Notes under the pieces: generated by a model
Databases searched by the model: none
Seen by the model: the letters and a program-made list of their open reading frames with translations, nothing else
What the model was told of the DNA's origin: nothing
Part shown: piece after piece, positions 45,571 through 58,764 of the stretch
How positions within the stretch are numbered: position 1 is the stretch's first letter
Layout: the number at the start of each line of letters is the position of its first letter
Position numbers and translations under genes: made by a program
Assembly: GCA_963782055.1 (NCBI GenBank)
Contig: CAWAIF010000003.1
Location: 5,056,001-5,120,000, forward strand
Reading direction: 5' to 3'
Source of the DNA: an uncultured delta proteobacterium
GTDB lineage: Bacteria; Myxococcota_A; Polyangia; Polyangiales; Polyangiaceae
DNA: 64,000 bases

Positions 45571-46902
45571 TCAGTCGCTGGCTGCGCCGATGCCGAAGCG
45601 GCGCAGCCAGCGGCGGATCTGCGTCCTGTCCTTGCCCATGGCCCGCGCGACGGCGCTCACGTTGCCCTCGTGCTCTCGCATCAACCGCTCCAGGCGTTCC
45701 TGGAGCTGCGCCTCGTCGCCGGACTCGCCGCCGGCGGGGGGGCCGGAGCGCACCGACTCCGGGAGGTGCTCGGCGGCGATGGGGCCATCGCCCGCCAGCG
45801 CGAGCGCCGCGGCGAGCGCCTGCTCCAGCTCGCGCACGTTGAGGGGCCAGTCGTGGGCGACGAGCGCCGCGGCGGCCTCCGCCTCCAGCCGCACCGAGGC
45901 CGCGCGCGGGCCGGCGAGGCGCGTCAGCAGGCGCGCGAGCAGCAGCCCCAGATCGGCGGGGCGCTGGCGCAGCGGCGGGAGCTCGACGCGGTAGCCATCG
46001 AGGCGGCCGAGCAGGTCGGCGCGCAGCCGGCCGCCGGCCTCGAGGGATCGATGGGTGGCGGCGACCACCCGCACGTCCACCTTCTGCGGGCGCGCGGCGC
46101 CCACCGGCGCCACCTCCCCTTCCTGGAGCAAGCGCAGCAGCGCGACCTGGGCCGGCTCGGCCAGCTCGCCCACCTCGTCCAGGAAGAGCGTGCCGCGGTC
46201 GGCGCGCCGCGCCAGGCCGTCCTGATCGTGCGTGGCGCCGGAGAACGCCCCGCGCCGGTGCCCGAAGAGGGTGCTCACCACCAGGTTCTCCGGGAGGGCG
46301 CCGCAGTTGACGGCGACGAGCTCCCCCGCGCGGCCGGACAGCTCGTGGATCGCCCGGGCGGCGAGCTCCTTGCCGGTGCCGGTCTCGCCGTGCACCAGCA
46401 CCGGCACCGGGCTCCCGGCGACGGACTCCAGCCGGTCGAACGCCGCCTCCAGCTCCGGGTGCCACGAGGCGAGCGCGTCGTGCGCGGGCGCGCCGGGGTG
46501 CCGGGGCTCGGCGTCGGACTCCAGCAGGGTGACGAAGCTCCCCCCCAGCCGCACCACCACCCCCGGCTCCAGCGGCTCGCGCTGCACGCGGCGCTCGCCG
46601 ACGAAGATCCCGTTCTTGGAGCCGAGATCCTCGATAACCCACCGCCCGCCGAGCCGCGCGATGCGCGCGTGCTCCTGCGACATCGCCGGGTCGGCGACGC
46701 GCACCTCCAGGACCCTGCCGCGGGCGTCGGGCGTGCTGCCGCGGCCCAGCCGGATCTGCTCCACGCCCTCCAGCGTGTGCCGTCGCCCGCCGGCGAGCGG
46801 CCGCTGCGACTCCAGCACGATCACCAGCCAGGACCGGCTCGGTCGCGCGCCGCGCTTGCCGAGCTGCAGGGTGCGCGTGTCGGGCGGATCGGGCGGGGGC
46901 AC
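45571..46902 (-). CDS. FHA-domain sigma54-dependent enhancer-binding protein
   Basis: FHA (LGRG, MSQEHA, DLGSKNG); GETGTGKE, GAFSGA, FLDEVGE, WPLNVREL; Fis-type HTH. Confidence 0.93.
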   Translation of the reverse strand: MPPPDPPDTRTLQLGKRGARPSRSWLVIVLESQRPLAGGRRHTLEGVEQIRLGRGSTPDARGRVLEVRVADPAMSQEHARIARLGGRWVIEDLGSKNGIFVGERRVQREPLEPGVVVRLGGSFVTLLESDAEPRHPGAPAHDALASWHPELEAAFDRLESVAGSPVPVLVHGETGTGKELAARAIHELSGRAGELVAVNCGALPENLVVSTLFGHRRGAFSGATHDQDGLARRADRGTLFLDEVGELAEPAQVALLRLLQEGEVAPVGAARPQKVDVRVVAATHRSLEAGGRLRADLLGRLDGYRVELPPLRQRPADLGLLLARLLTRLAGPRAASVRLEAEAAAALVAHDWPLNVRELEQALAAALALAGDGPIAAEHLPESVRSGPPAGGESGDEAQLQERLERLMREHEGNVSAVARAMGKDRTQIRRWLRRFGIGAASD

Positions 46903-46917
46903 GAGGTGGAGCGTAGA

Positions 46918-50750
<3,833 letters not shown>

Positions 50751-50754
<4 letters not shown>

Positions 50755-51524
50755 CGGTAGGGACCCCGCCCCTGCCGCGCGATCCAGAGCGCCAGCACGT
50801 GCGCGTTCTCGTCCAGCGCGCGACTCGCCAGCTTGTCGCCCTGCGAGAGTCGCAGCCGGAGCAGCCGCTCGTCGTACGCGGCGTCCGGCGCGCGCCGCTG
50901 CAGCTCGCGCGCGGTCCGCATGAAGTTCTCCATCTGGCTGAGGGCGCGCTCGCCCTCGAGCCTCGGGTACTGCGCGCCGTGCTCCTCCAGCAACCACGGC
51001 GTCATGCCGCTCCGGCGAAAGAGGTACAGGAGCTGCTCGCGCTCGTCACGCGTGTGCACCACCTCCCGCGTCGTCTTCTTGGTCATCACCAGCCCGCCGG
51101 TGGCGAGCGCCGTCCCGATGCGGAGCTTGCGCTCCTCGATCTTCTCCACCGAGCGCGTGCGCGTGTTGCGGGTCGCGCGCAGCACGGCGAGGATGTCGTC
51201 GTAGGGCAGCTCGGCGGCGGGCTCCCCTCGCCACGCGTGACGGACCAGGGCGCTCTCGCCCAGCGCGAAGGAGCCCAGCGTCGTCATCCGCTCCTGCGTC
51301 ACCACGGCGTCCGCGTCGCAGGCCACCGCGTCGTGCCTGCGGCCGCGCAGCCGCGCCAGCAGCTCGGTCGCCTGCTCCTTGTCCCGCGCGCGCAGCACGA
51401 TGGCGGGCAGCACGCCGGCCAGGAGCATCCGCGCCTCGTAGCCGGTCATCCCGAGGTCCGCGCCGAGCTTCGGCGCCTCCTCCTCCAGCGACGTCGCCAG
51501 CGTCGCGACGGCGACGAGATACAT
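50751..51524 (-). CDS. Hypothetical protein, first gene of the kinase-EBP operon
   Basis: ATG 51524; ATGA overlap with the kinase. Confidence 0.7.
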
Positions 51525-51744
51525 CCCCCGATCATACCCGACCGGGCCGACGGAGGTCCCGCGCTTGCGAGGGCCGAGGGCCCGGAGGCGCAAAGCGGCA
51601 GGAGCGATCCTGGGCCTCGAGCGGGCGACGCCGAATCGTGCACGCCGATCGCGATTGTTGGTACAGTAGCGGCCTCTGGCGCCGATGCCGTCTCGGCAGG
51701 CGGCTGGGGACCCTTACGGAGGGGGGTTGGCCTCCGGGCACGGC

Positions 51745-53538
51745 ATGCAGAAGCTCGACTTCTTCAAGCTCCCTCGGGACAAGCAAGAGCGCTTCCTGGC
51801 CAGCGCCAAGGGGAGCGCGCCGCCGGCACCCATCGTCCAGCTCCGCGGGGACGGCGGCAAGGCGCGCAACGGCGCCATCGCCGCCGGCGTCTCGGTCCTC
51901 CTGCTCCTCGTGCTCTTCGTCATCGGCTTCGGCGTGCTCGGGGGCAAGCTCGCGGTGCAGGGTCCGGCGTGGCTCGCCGCCTACTTCGTGCTCGCCTTCC
52001 TGGTCCCGTACGGCGTGCTGCGCGTGCTCGGCTCCCGGAGCGAGCGCAAGACGCTCCCCTACCAGCCCGGCATCTACGTCTTCCCCATGTGCCTGGTGGA
52101 CGCGCGCACCAAGGACCTGCGCGTCGTGCCCATGGCCAACCTCTCGCGCGTCGAGAACGCGACCGCCGGCGGCGCGCTGCGCCTCTCCTTCAAGGGCGCC
52201 GGCACCTACGCCTTCCCCGCCGGCGACAAGCACGACGCCGACCAGAAGAACTACCAGATCGACCTCGCCCAGAAGCAGGTCAAGCACGCCACCCAGAACC
52301 AGGACGACGCCGAGCTCACCACGCTCGACCCCTTCTACGAGTCGCGCAAGAGCTGGACGAGTCCCATCGGCCCGAAGCAGGCGCTGGTGGACCGCGCGCC
52401 CATCACCAAGCGCTTCGACTGGGCGTTCGCCCTGGTGATCGCGGTGGTGCTGGCGCCGACGCTGTGGCTGACGCGCAACACCCTCTCCGACAACTCCATG
52501 CTGCGCAAGGCCACCGCGGCGAACACGCCGGACGCCTACCGCGCGTACCTGGACGTCGGGAAGAAGCACACGGGCGAGGTCTCCGGCGTGCTCCTGCCGC
52601 GGGCCGAGCTGGCCGACGCCAAGGCCAAGGGCACGGTGGAGGCGATCTCCGACTTCATCGCCTCCCACCCCAAGTCGGCCATCGACGCCGAGGCGCAGGC
52701 CGCCCTCCACGACGCGCTGGTGACCGAGCTGGACAAGGCGGCCAAGAAGGGCTCGCTCGCCGCGCTGGAGGCGTTCGCCAGGAAGTACCCCGACAGCCAC
52801 CTGCAGGCGCAGATCGCCAAGGACCGCCACGCCCTGTACGACGCGGCGCTGGCGCGGTTCCGCAAGCAAGCATCCACGCGCGATACGCCCGAGCTCGTGG
52901 ATTTCGCCAGGCGCCTCTGCGCCTACCTGGAGGCGCACGGGACCGCCATCACCGTGGCGCTGCACCGGGAGGTCTCCCCCGCGGTGGCGCAGGCGGACAA
53001 GCTCATCGGCCGCGCGCCCACCAACCGCCGCTTCGGCCCGCACCAGGTCACGCAGTACCTGGAGACCGATCCCAAGCAGGCCGACGACGCCGCGGCCGTG
53101 AAGAACGCCGTGGCGAGCGCGCTCGCGCCCATCTTCGCGCCGGACCTGGCCACCTTCACCGTGGTGCCGGAGGCCGACGACGCCGCGGCCGCCGCCCTCG
53201 CCGCGAAGACACCGCTGCTGCGCGTGAGCTACCGCTTCGGGTGGCTGGGCGTCGCCTACGGGAGCGCCTCGCTCAAGCGCGCCTTCGCCGGCATCCACAC
53301 CAGCGGCGAGGCGGTCTTCAGCCTGCCCGGTGACGCCAAGCCGCTGCGCATGAAGCTGGAGGTCCCCTCCCCCCGCACGCTGCTGCTCGAGTACAGCTCG
53401 GTCCACCCGGGCCTGAGCTCGGAGGGCCCGCCCGACGAGGACAAGCCGGAGCCTCGCGTCTACCGGGCGACGGAGCTGCACGCCCTCGACCGGATCACCA
53501 CGACCGTGGTGACCTCGCTGGTCAGGCCGCTGAAGTGA
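51745..53538 (+). CDS. Uncharacterised membrane protein
   Basis: Three TM segments, then helical repeats of the AYRAYL / FIASHPKS / FARKYPDS type. Confidence 0.7.
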   Translation: MQKLDFFKLPRDKQERFLASAKGSAPPAPIVQLRGDGGKARNGAIAAGVSVLLLLVLFVIGFGVLGGKLAVQGPAWLAAYFVLAFLVPYGVLRVLGSRSERKTLPYQPGIYVFPMCLVDARTKDLRVVPMANLSRVENATAGGALRLSFKGAGTYAFPAGDKHDADQKNYQIDLAQKQVKHATQNQDDAELTTLDPFYESRKSWTSPIGPKQALVDRAPITKRFDWAFALVIAVVLAPTLWLTRNTLSDNSMLRKATAANTPDAYRAYLDVGKKHTGEVSGVLLPRAELADAKAKGTVEAISDFIASHPKSAIDAEAQAALHDALVTELDKAAKKGSLAALEAFARKYPDSHLQAQIAKDRHALYDAALARFRKQASTRDTPELVDFARRLCAYLEAHGTAITVALHREVSPAVAQADKLIGRAPTNRRFGPHQVTQYLETDPKQADDAAAVKNAVASALAPIFAPDLATFTVVPEADDAAAAALAAKTPLLRVSYRFGWLGVAYGSASLKRAFAGIHTSGEAVFSLPGDAKPLRMKLEVPSPRTLLLEYSSVHPGLSSEGPPDEDKPEPRVYRATELHALDRITTTVVTSLVRPLK

Positions 53539-53596
53539 GACGACACCCCCAAAATAGCGGCACGGGGAACGCGGCAGAGTGATATACGGCGTAAGT

Positions 53597-55234
53597 ATGC
53601 GGCGAGCAGCCTGGGCAGCCCTCTTCGCGGCGCTGTGGCCGTGCGTGGCCCAGGCGCAGGAGCCGTGGACCGACCAGGACCCCAAGACGCCGCCGGTCCA
53701 CTACACCCGGGGCGACTTCGGCATCCGCACCGGCGCCGAGTATCGCGCGCAGTGGCTCTACGTCCACGCGCTCTCGCTCAACACCGAGAGCGCGCGCAAC
53801 CTGAGCGTCATCCAGAACCGTCTGCGGCTCGACCTCACCGGCGACTTCCGCGACAAGGTCCGCATCGTCGGGTCCGCCGACGTGCTCGACGGCGATCTCT
53901 GGGGGGACAACGGCACCTACGGCGGCACGCCTTCGTCCAACTCCGGCGCCAACGTCAACGCCAAGAACCCCAACAACACCGCGCCCTGCACGCAGCTCCG
54001 CTTCCCGCAGCTCGATCCGCTCGACCCCCAGTCGTACGGCGTCGGCCTCTGCCCGCTGTCGATCATGAACGTGCGCCGCCTCTACGGCGAGGTGGTCCTG
54101 CCCTTCGGCCTGATCCGCGTCGGCCGGCAGGCGGTGATCCAGGGCATGGGCGTGCAGAGCACCGACGGCGACGGCCGCCACAACCGCTTCGGCATCGCGG
54201 GGAGCGGCAACTACGTCGACCGCATCGCCTTCGCCACCAAGCCGCTGGAGGCCTTCAAGCCGAAGGGCAAGCGCGACACCTCGGCGAAGCGCGGGCTCAT
54301 CACCGGCATCGCCTACGACCGGCTGGTCAGCGACAGCCCGCAGGCCTTCGGCGACGACGTCCACCAGATGGGCGGCGTCATCCGCTACCTGCGGCCGCAG
54401 ATGGGCCCCATCCACGACGCGTACTTCAACCTCTATTACATTCACCGCTGGGACCCCCTCTCCGACGTCAACGGCGCCGGGCTGCGCATCTACGCCAAGG
54501 CGGGCGACTTCTCCGCCGGCTTCGACGCCGCGATGAACTTCGGCACCACGCGCGAGGTGTCGGAGGCCTACCAGAAGATCACCAACGACCCGGTGGTGGA
54601 CCAGACCGTCCTGCAGGGCGGCGCGCGCGTGGTGGCGCGCTACGACCGCCCCCGGTGGACGGCGTACCTGGAGGGCGACTACGCCTCGGGCAGCGACAAC
54701 CCGCTGGCGCGCGCGACGCTCTCGCAGTTCACCTGGTCGCCCGACTCCAACGTGGGCCTGCTGCTCTTCAAGCAGACCCTCGCCCTGCAGACGGCGCGCT
54801 CCTCCGCGGCGGCGACCGAGCTGCTGCGCCGGCTGGGCGCCACCACCTTCCCCACCGAGGCCATCGCGACCTACGGCGCGGTCACCAACGCCATGGTCCT
54901 CTTCCCCCAGGCGGACTTCCGCCCGGTGCCCGACTTCCTCATCCGCCCCGGCGTCATGTTCGCGTGGACCGCGGTGCCGCTGATCGATCCGGTGCAGTCG
55001 CTGCAGAACCGCAAGAGCGTGGACATCAAGGACGACCTGGTGAACTTCGCCGGCGGCAAGCCCGGACGCTACTACGGCACCGAGCTCGACCTGCGACTGG
55101 AGTACCGCTACCTCGAGCACTTCATCCTGGACGTGGAGGGCGCCGTGCTCTTCCCCGGCGACGCGCTACAGAACGTGGACGGCTACGCCGTCACCAGCAC
55201 GCTGCTGCAGACGCGCGCGACCTTCTTCCTGTGA
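53597..55234 (+). CDS. Outer-membrane beta-barrel (alginate-export-like porin)
   Basis: Signal peptide ending AQA; RLRLD, RRLYGE, RVGRQ, EGDYASG, YYGTELDL, GAVLFPGD. Confidence 0.75.
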   Translation: MRRAAWAALFAALWPCVAQAQEPWTDQDPKTPPVHYTRGDFGIRTGAEYRAQWLYVHALSLNTESARNLSVIQNRLRLDLTGDFRDKVRIVGSADVLDGDLWGDNGTYGGTPSSNSGANVNAKNPNNTAPCTQLRFPQLDPLDPQSYGVGLCPLSIMNVRRLYGEVVLPFGLIRVGRQAVIQGMGVQSTDGDGRHNRFGIAGSGNYVDRIAFATKPLEAFKPKGKRDTSAKRGLITGIAYDRLVSDSPQAFGDDVHQMGGVIRYLRPQMGPIHDAYFNLYYIHRWDPLSDVNGAGLRIYAKAGDFSAGFDAAMNFGTTREVSEAYQKITNDPVVDQTVLQGGARVVARYDRPRWTAYLEGDYASGSDNPLARATLSQFTWSPDSNVGLLLFKQTLALQTARSSAAATELLRRLGATTFPTEAIATYGAVTNAMVLFPQADFRPVPDFLIRPGVMFAWTAVPLIDPVQSLQNRKSVDIKDDLVNFAGGKPGRYYGTELDLRLEYRYLEHFILDVEGAVLFPGDALQNVDGYAVTSTLLQTRATFFL

Positions 55235-55239
55235 CCGCC

Positions 55240-56298
55240 ATGAACCGCGCCGCCCTCGCCATCGCCCTCGCCGCCTCCGCCGTCGTGATCGCGCCGGCGT
55301 GCGAGGTGTACCGCGCGCCGCCGGAGCCGAGCCTGCCGCAGGCGAACAGCGATCTGCTCAGCGACCCCGCCGCGCCGGTGGTGGTGGCCTTCTCCAAGCC
55401 CATCGACCCGGACTCGCTCGACCTGAAGATCGCCCGCGACATCGTCGACGATCACGGGCGCCTGGCGGACGAGGCGGACCCGGCGGGCGGCGAGCTCTCC
55501 CTGCTCTTCACCCACGACAGGTACGACGGCGACCGGATGGGCACGAGCGAGCTGTCCGCGGACGGGATGACGCTGACCATCCACCCGTCGGCGCCCTTGC
55601 CGATCAACCCGCGGCTGGTGCTCATCGCCGAGCCGGGCCTGAAGGACCGCGACACCGGCGCCGTCACCGTGGCGAGGCGCAAGATCGTCTTCGGCTACCA
55701 GCTCAATCTCACGTGCTCCAAGCCCTCCACCGTGCTGCCGGAGGACGGGAGCTACTTCTTCATCATCAACGTGACGCAGCCGCTGGGAACGCAGGTGCGC
55801 CTCTTCGCCAAGATCCACGTGGACCCCACCGGGAAGTTCACCAGCGAGTTCATCCACGCGGTGCGCAACCCCGATCCCAGCCGCTGCAGCCCGCCGTGCG
55901 CGACGACGGATGCGTGCCGCACGCTGCCCGGCCCGCCCAAGTGCGTCGCGCCGTCGGAGCGCTCCGACAGCGACGACGAGTACCCCGACCTGATCGTGGA
56001 CCAGAACCCGGCGACGGTCTTCTCCTTCGTCGCGGAGGGGTGCGTGGTGGACCAGCCCGACGGCACCGCGCAGTTCGTCAACCTGCCCATCGACGTCTTC
56101 GTCAGCAGCCCGGCGGTCACCCTGCGCAACACGCGGCTGACCGCGACGTTCCAGAAGGACGATCAGGGCGTGCTGCGCGGGTCCGGCGCGCTGAGCGCGG
56201 ACGACGTCGCGCTGGGGTCCATCTCCAGCGGCAAGGGCGCCGGCGAGCTGGAGGGGCGGCAGGTGCCGGACGATCCCAACATCCCCAACCCGCCGTGA
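55240..56298 (+). CDS. Lipoprotein with Ig-like (Big_5-type) domain
   Basis: Lipobox APAC; PVVVAFSKPIDPDSL, TLTIHPSAPL, GLKD. Confidence 0.75.
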   Translation: MNRAALAIALAASAVVIAPACEVYRAPPEPSLPQANSDLLSDPAAPVVVAFSKPIDPDSLDLKIARDIVDDHGRLADEADPAGGELSLLFTHDRYDGDRMGTSELSADGMTLTIHPSAPLPINPRLVLIAEPGLKDRDTGAVTVARRKIVFGYQLNLTCSKPSTVLPEDGSYFFIINVTQPLGTQVRLFAKIHVDPTGKFTSEFIHAVRNPDPSRCSPPCATTDACRTLPGPPKCVAPSERSDSDDEYPDLIVDQNPATVFSFVAEGCVVDQPDGTAQFVNLPIDVFVSSPAVTLRNTRLTATFQKDDQGVLRGSGALSADDVALGSISSGKGAGELEGRQVPDDPNIPNPP

Positions 56299-56315
56299 TG
56301 TCATCCTCGCGCCGC

Positions 56316-56362
56316 CGCGGGCGCGCCGCCCTCTCCCTCACGCGGGCGCGCCCCCTCTCCCT
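56316..56362. repeat. Short tandem duplication (two copies of about 22-23 bp)
   Basis: CGCGGGCGCGCCGCCCTCTCCCT at 56316 and CGCGGGCGCGCCCCCTCTCCCT at 56341. Confidence 0.6.
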
Positions 56363-56393
56363 AAGGGCTTCGGCTTCACCGGCATCGCCTTCT

Positions 56394-56563
56394 GGCGCGA
56401 TCAGACTGGTGCGCGTCCCGCAGGAGGCACCGGCGCCGATCGCGTGACGGCGACTACCAGCAGGGATCGGGTAGCAGCACGCGTCAGAAGAGCCACGAGC
56501 CCATGATCTCCCCGTGATGCCGTTGGAGGAGTAGTTTCGCGCGTCTCCAGTGCAGACGGCGCG
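56394..56563 (-). pseudogene. Degenerate copy of the 3' end of the 574-aa gene plus the 5' end of the small lipoprotein gene
   Basis: Aligns to 56820-56996 at a 433-bp offset (GCGTCAGAAGAGCCACGAG at 56481 and 56914); frameshifted in both parts. Confidence 0.8.
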
Positions 56564-56566
56564 CAA

Positions 56567-56929
56567 TCAGGGATGGCAGGACCCAGGATCGTAGGGCTCG
56601 TCCTCCACCCCGCAGACCGGGCAGATACCGAAACGCAACCCGCGTCCCGCGCAGTTGTAGCAGTCGTCCGTCAGATCGGCACCTGGACAGCATATGCTCA
56701 GGTTTTCTCGATGCTCGTAGTGGATGGAGCACTGCCAGCCTGGGGGGCACCTGCGCAGGCCGCCCGCGTCGCGATAGGCGAGCTGGCACACCACCCCGCC
56801 CCCGTCGACGTCGACCTCCGGCGCGATCAGCCCGCTGCGCGTCCCGCAGGAGGCAACGGCGCCAACCCCGCAGGCACCAACGGCGACTGCCACGAGCGAT
56901 CTCGCGGCGGACCGCGTCAGAAGAGCCAC
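56567..56929 (-). CDS. Small Cys-rich lipoprotein (about 120 aa) coupled to the upstream gene
   Basis: GTG inside the last codons of the upstream gene; lipobox VASC; 10 further Cys including CYNC and CPVC. Confidence 0.7.
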   Translation of the reverse strand: MALLTRSAARSLVAVAVGACGVGAVASCGTRSGLIAPEVDVDGGGVVCQLAYRDAGGLRRCPPGWQCSIHYEHRENLSICCPGADLTDDCYNCAGRGLRFGICPVCGVEDEPYDPGSCHP

Positions 56930-58641
56930 GAGGCCATGATCTCCCCGTGGTTGCCGTTCGAGGAGTAGTTGCGCGTGTCCCCGGCCCACACCGCGAGGAA
57001 CCTGGCGCCGGCGTAGTCGGCCGCGAGCTGCTGGTAGTCCCACGTCAGCGTGGGGCCGGTCTTGGCCGTCTCGTCCATGTAGTTGGGGTCGCCGAAGGGC
57101 AGCGTGGCCGTCCACGGCACCGTCTCCATGGCGTTGCGCGGCATCCCCACCGCGATGGGTGACGTGAACACGTTGTTGTTCTCCGAGTACGCCATGTAGA
57201 CATTGGCGAGCTGGTTGCCGGGGTCGTCGCGCGTACCGTACCACTGGACCGCCACGCGCCTCGTCGTCCCGTCGTTGCCGAAGGCGATGGAAGGCATCCA
57301 CTCGTCGTGGACCTGCCCGTCCGGCGGCTTCGACGGCTCCCACGAGCCCGCGAACCGGAGCGTGACCGGGTCCTGTCCGCCACCGCCGCCACCTCCCGCG
57401 CAGACGAGATTTTGCCAGACCACCTGCGGCGTCGTACCGAACGAGGAAGCTACCGCGTGGGTGATCCAGACCCTGTTCGCCGTAGGGTCCGACGTGATGA
57501 ACGGTACGTTCGAGGAGTCCTTGGTCCGCAGGGCCGTGATGCAGGTCGGGAAGCCGAACTCCTGCGCGACGAGCCTGTCGTTCACGACCCACGTGTCCGC
57601 GTAGACGTCGTAGACCGAGAGGTACAGGTTGTAGTCGGCGGTGACCGGGTACTCCCCGTCCTGCGCGCAGCGCCCGCCGTCGTACTGCGGGGGCGGCGTC
57701 TGCGCAGCGCGGCGCACGATCACCGCCACGCCCTCGCCGCCGGAGGTGCACCCGGCGGGCAAGGTCACGAAGCTGAGGTGCGGCTCCTGCGGCCCGTTGG
57801 TCCACGAGCGGGCGTTCGGAACGGCGCGGTAGGGCTGCTCGTTGTGCAGATTCCCGACCCCGTCGAACCAGATCTGGTGGAGCCACACCGCGTCGTGCTT
57901 TTCGTCTTCCCACGTCACGAAGGTGTCGCCGAGGCCAGCCTGTCCGATCGGGTTGGAGGCCGCGAAGGGGAGATCGACTACCTTGCCGCTCGCGAGGTCC
58001 GTCCCGCCCGTCGCGCCATCGTTGACGTACGACAGGTCACCCCATGTCTGCCCGCCGTCCCGCGTCAGCGCCGCCACCACGTCGCCCACATATGCCGAGA
58101 GAGAGACGAGGATGGCGCGGGCGCCTGGCGGATCCGTACCGTTGTTCCGGAGGTCGGTCACGGGTGCGAGCGAGACATCGCCTCCGAGGCCCACGAAGGC
58201 GCCGCCACCCGTGGGGGAGTCGCCAGGGTCGCCGAAGGTCGTGCCATCGGCCTCGTGAGGGTAGAAGGCAGGGACGTTCTGCCCGCTGGGGAGTCCCACG
58301 CCTGTGTCGGAGTAGGACGAGCCTATCTTCATCGCCGACCCGCCGGAGACCGAGTGCACTGGCCCGTTCCACGCGACCAGCCAGGACCGGACATCGTGGC
58401 CAGAGGCGGCGTAGTCGAGGTGGATGGCCGTCGTCTCGTGGCGGTCCGGGTAGTCGACGCCGCTCGTGGGGTCCATGGAGACCTCCTCGTTGTAACCCGC
58501 CTGCAGCGCCTGCGTCGAGATCCCGAGCGGCTCCGGCGCATAGCTGCTGCAGCCGGTGCCTGCGACGACGACCGCCAGGCACGTCGTCAAGAGTCCGTGA
58601 TGCTTACCCCCCCCCCGAGATCTCCGTCCATCATGGCCCAC
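56917..58641 (-). CDS. Sialidase-fold/BNR beta-propeller-like lipoprotein; true start probably split by a G10 tract
   Basis: Lipobox GTGC; TRDGGQTW, EWMPSIA, QWYGTRDDP, WDYQQLAAD..FLAVWAGDTR. The SD-led ATG at 58634 is out of frame. Confidence 0.75.
   Translation of the reverse strand: MGHDGRRSRGGGKHHGLLTTCLAVVVAGTGCSSYAPEPLGISTQALQAGYNEEVSMDPTSGVDYPDRHETTAIHLDYAASGHDVRSWLVAWNGPVHSVSGGSAMKIGSSYSDTGVGLPSGQNVPAFYPHEADGTTFGDPGDSPTGGGAFVGLGGDVSLAPVTDLRNNGTDPPGARAILVSLSAYVGDVVAALTRDGGQTWGDLSYVNDGATGGTDLASGKVVDLPFAASNPIGQAGLGDTFVTWEDEKHDAVWLHQIWFDGVGNLHNEQPYRAVPNARSWTNGPQEPHLSFVTLPAGCTSGGEGVAVIVRRAAQTPPPQYDGGRCAQDGEYPVTADYNLYLSVYDVYADTWVVNDRLVAQEFGFPTCITALRTKDSSNVPFITSDPTANRVWITHAVASSFGTTPQVVWQNLVCAGGGGGGGQDPVTLRFAGSWEPSKPPDGQVHDEWMPSIAFGNDGTTRRVAVQWYGTRDDPGNQLANVYMAYSENNNVFTSPIAVGMPRNAMETVPWTATLPFGDPNYMDETAKTGPTLTWDYQQLAADYAGARFLAVWAGDTRNYSSNGNHGEIMASWLF
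58607..58616 (-). repeat. G10 homopolymer in the 5' coding region
   Basis: C10 on the plus strand, 18 nt after the start of the SD-led ATG. Confidence 0.85.
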
Positions 58642-58764
58642 CTCCTGCCCGTACGCACGAGCGTGAGATCGAAGTCACCACAAGGCGGAGCGGTGCGCAA
58701 GCGGAATGCACACTTGTCAAAACGATGGAGCTAATCAGAAGTCGTTCGACGCGTTCCGCTCACT

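Noticed and set aside
51525..51744. Possible structured ncRNA or tRNA in the larger intergenic gaps (also 41687-41886 and 60209-60336)
   Set aside because: Only generic GC-rich hairpins, with no cloverleaf or riboswitch consensus recognised; an Infernal/Rfam scan would be needed to exclude this fully.
56394..56996. Direct repeat considered as a DGR template/variable repeat pair
   Set aside because: Differences are not confined to adenines, indels are present, and there is no reverse transcriptase in the window.
58715..58720. Perfect TTGACA (-35) on the minus strand upstream of the 574-aa gene
   Set aside because: No credible -10 hexamer at 16-18 bp spacing.
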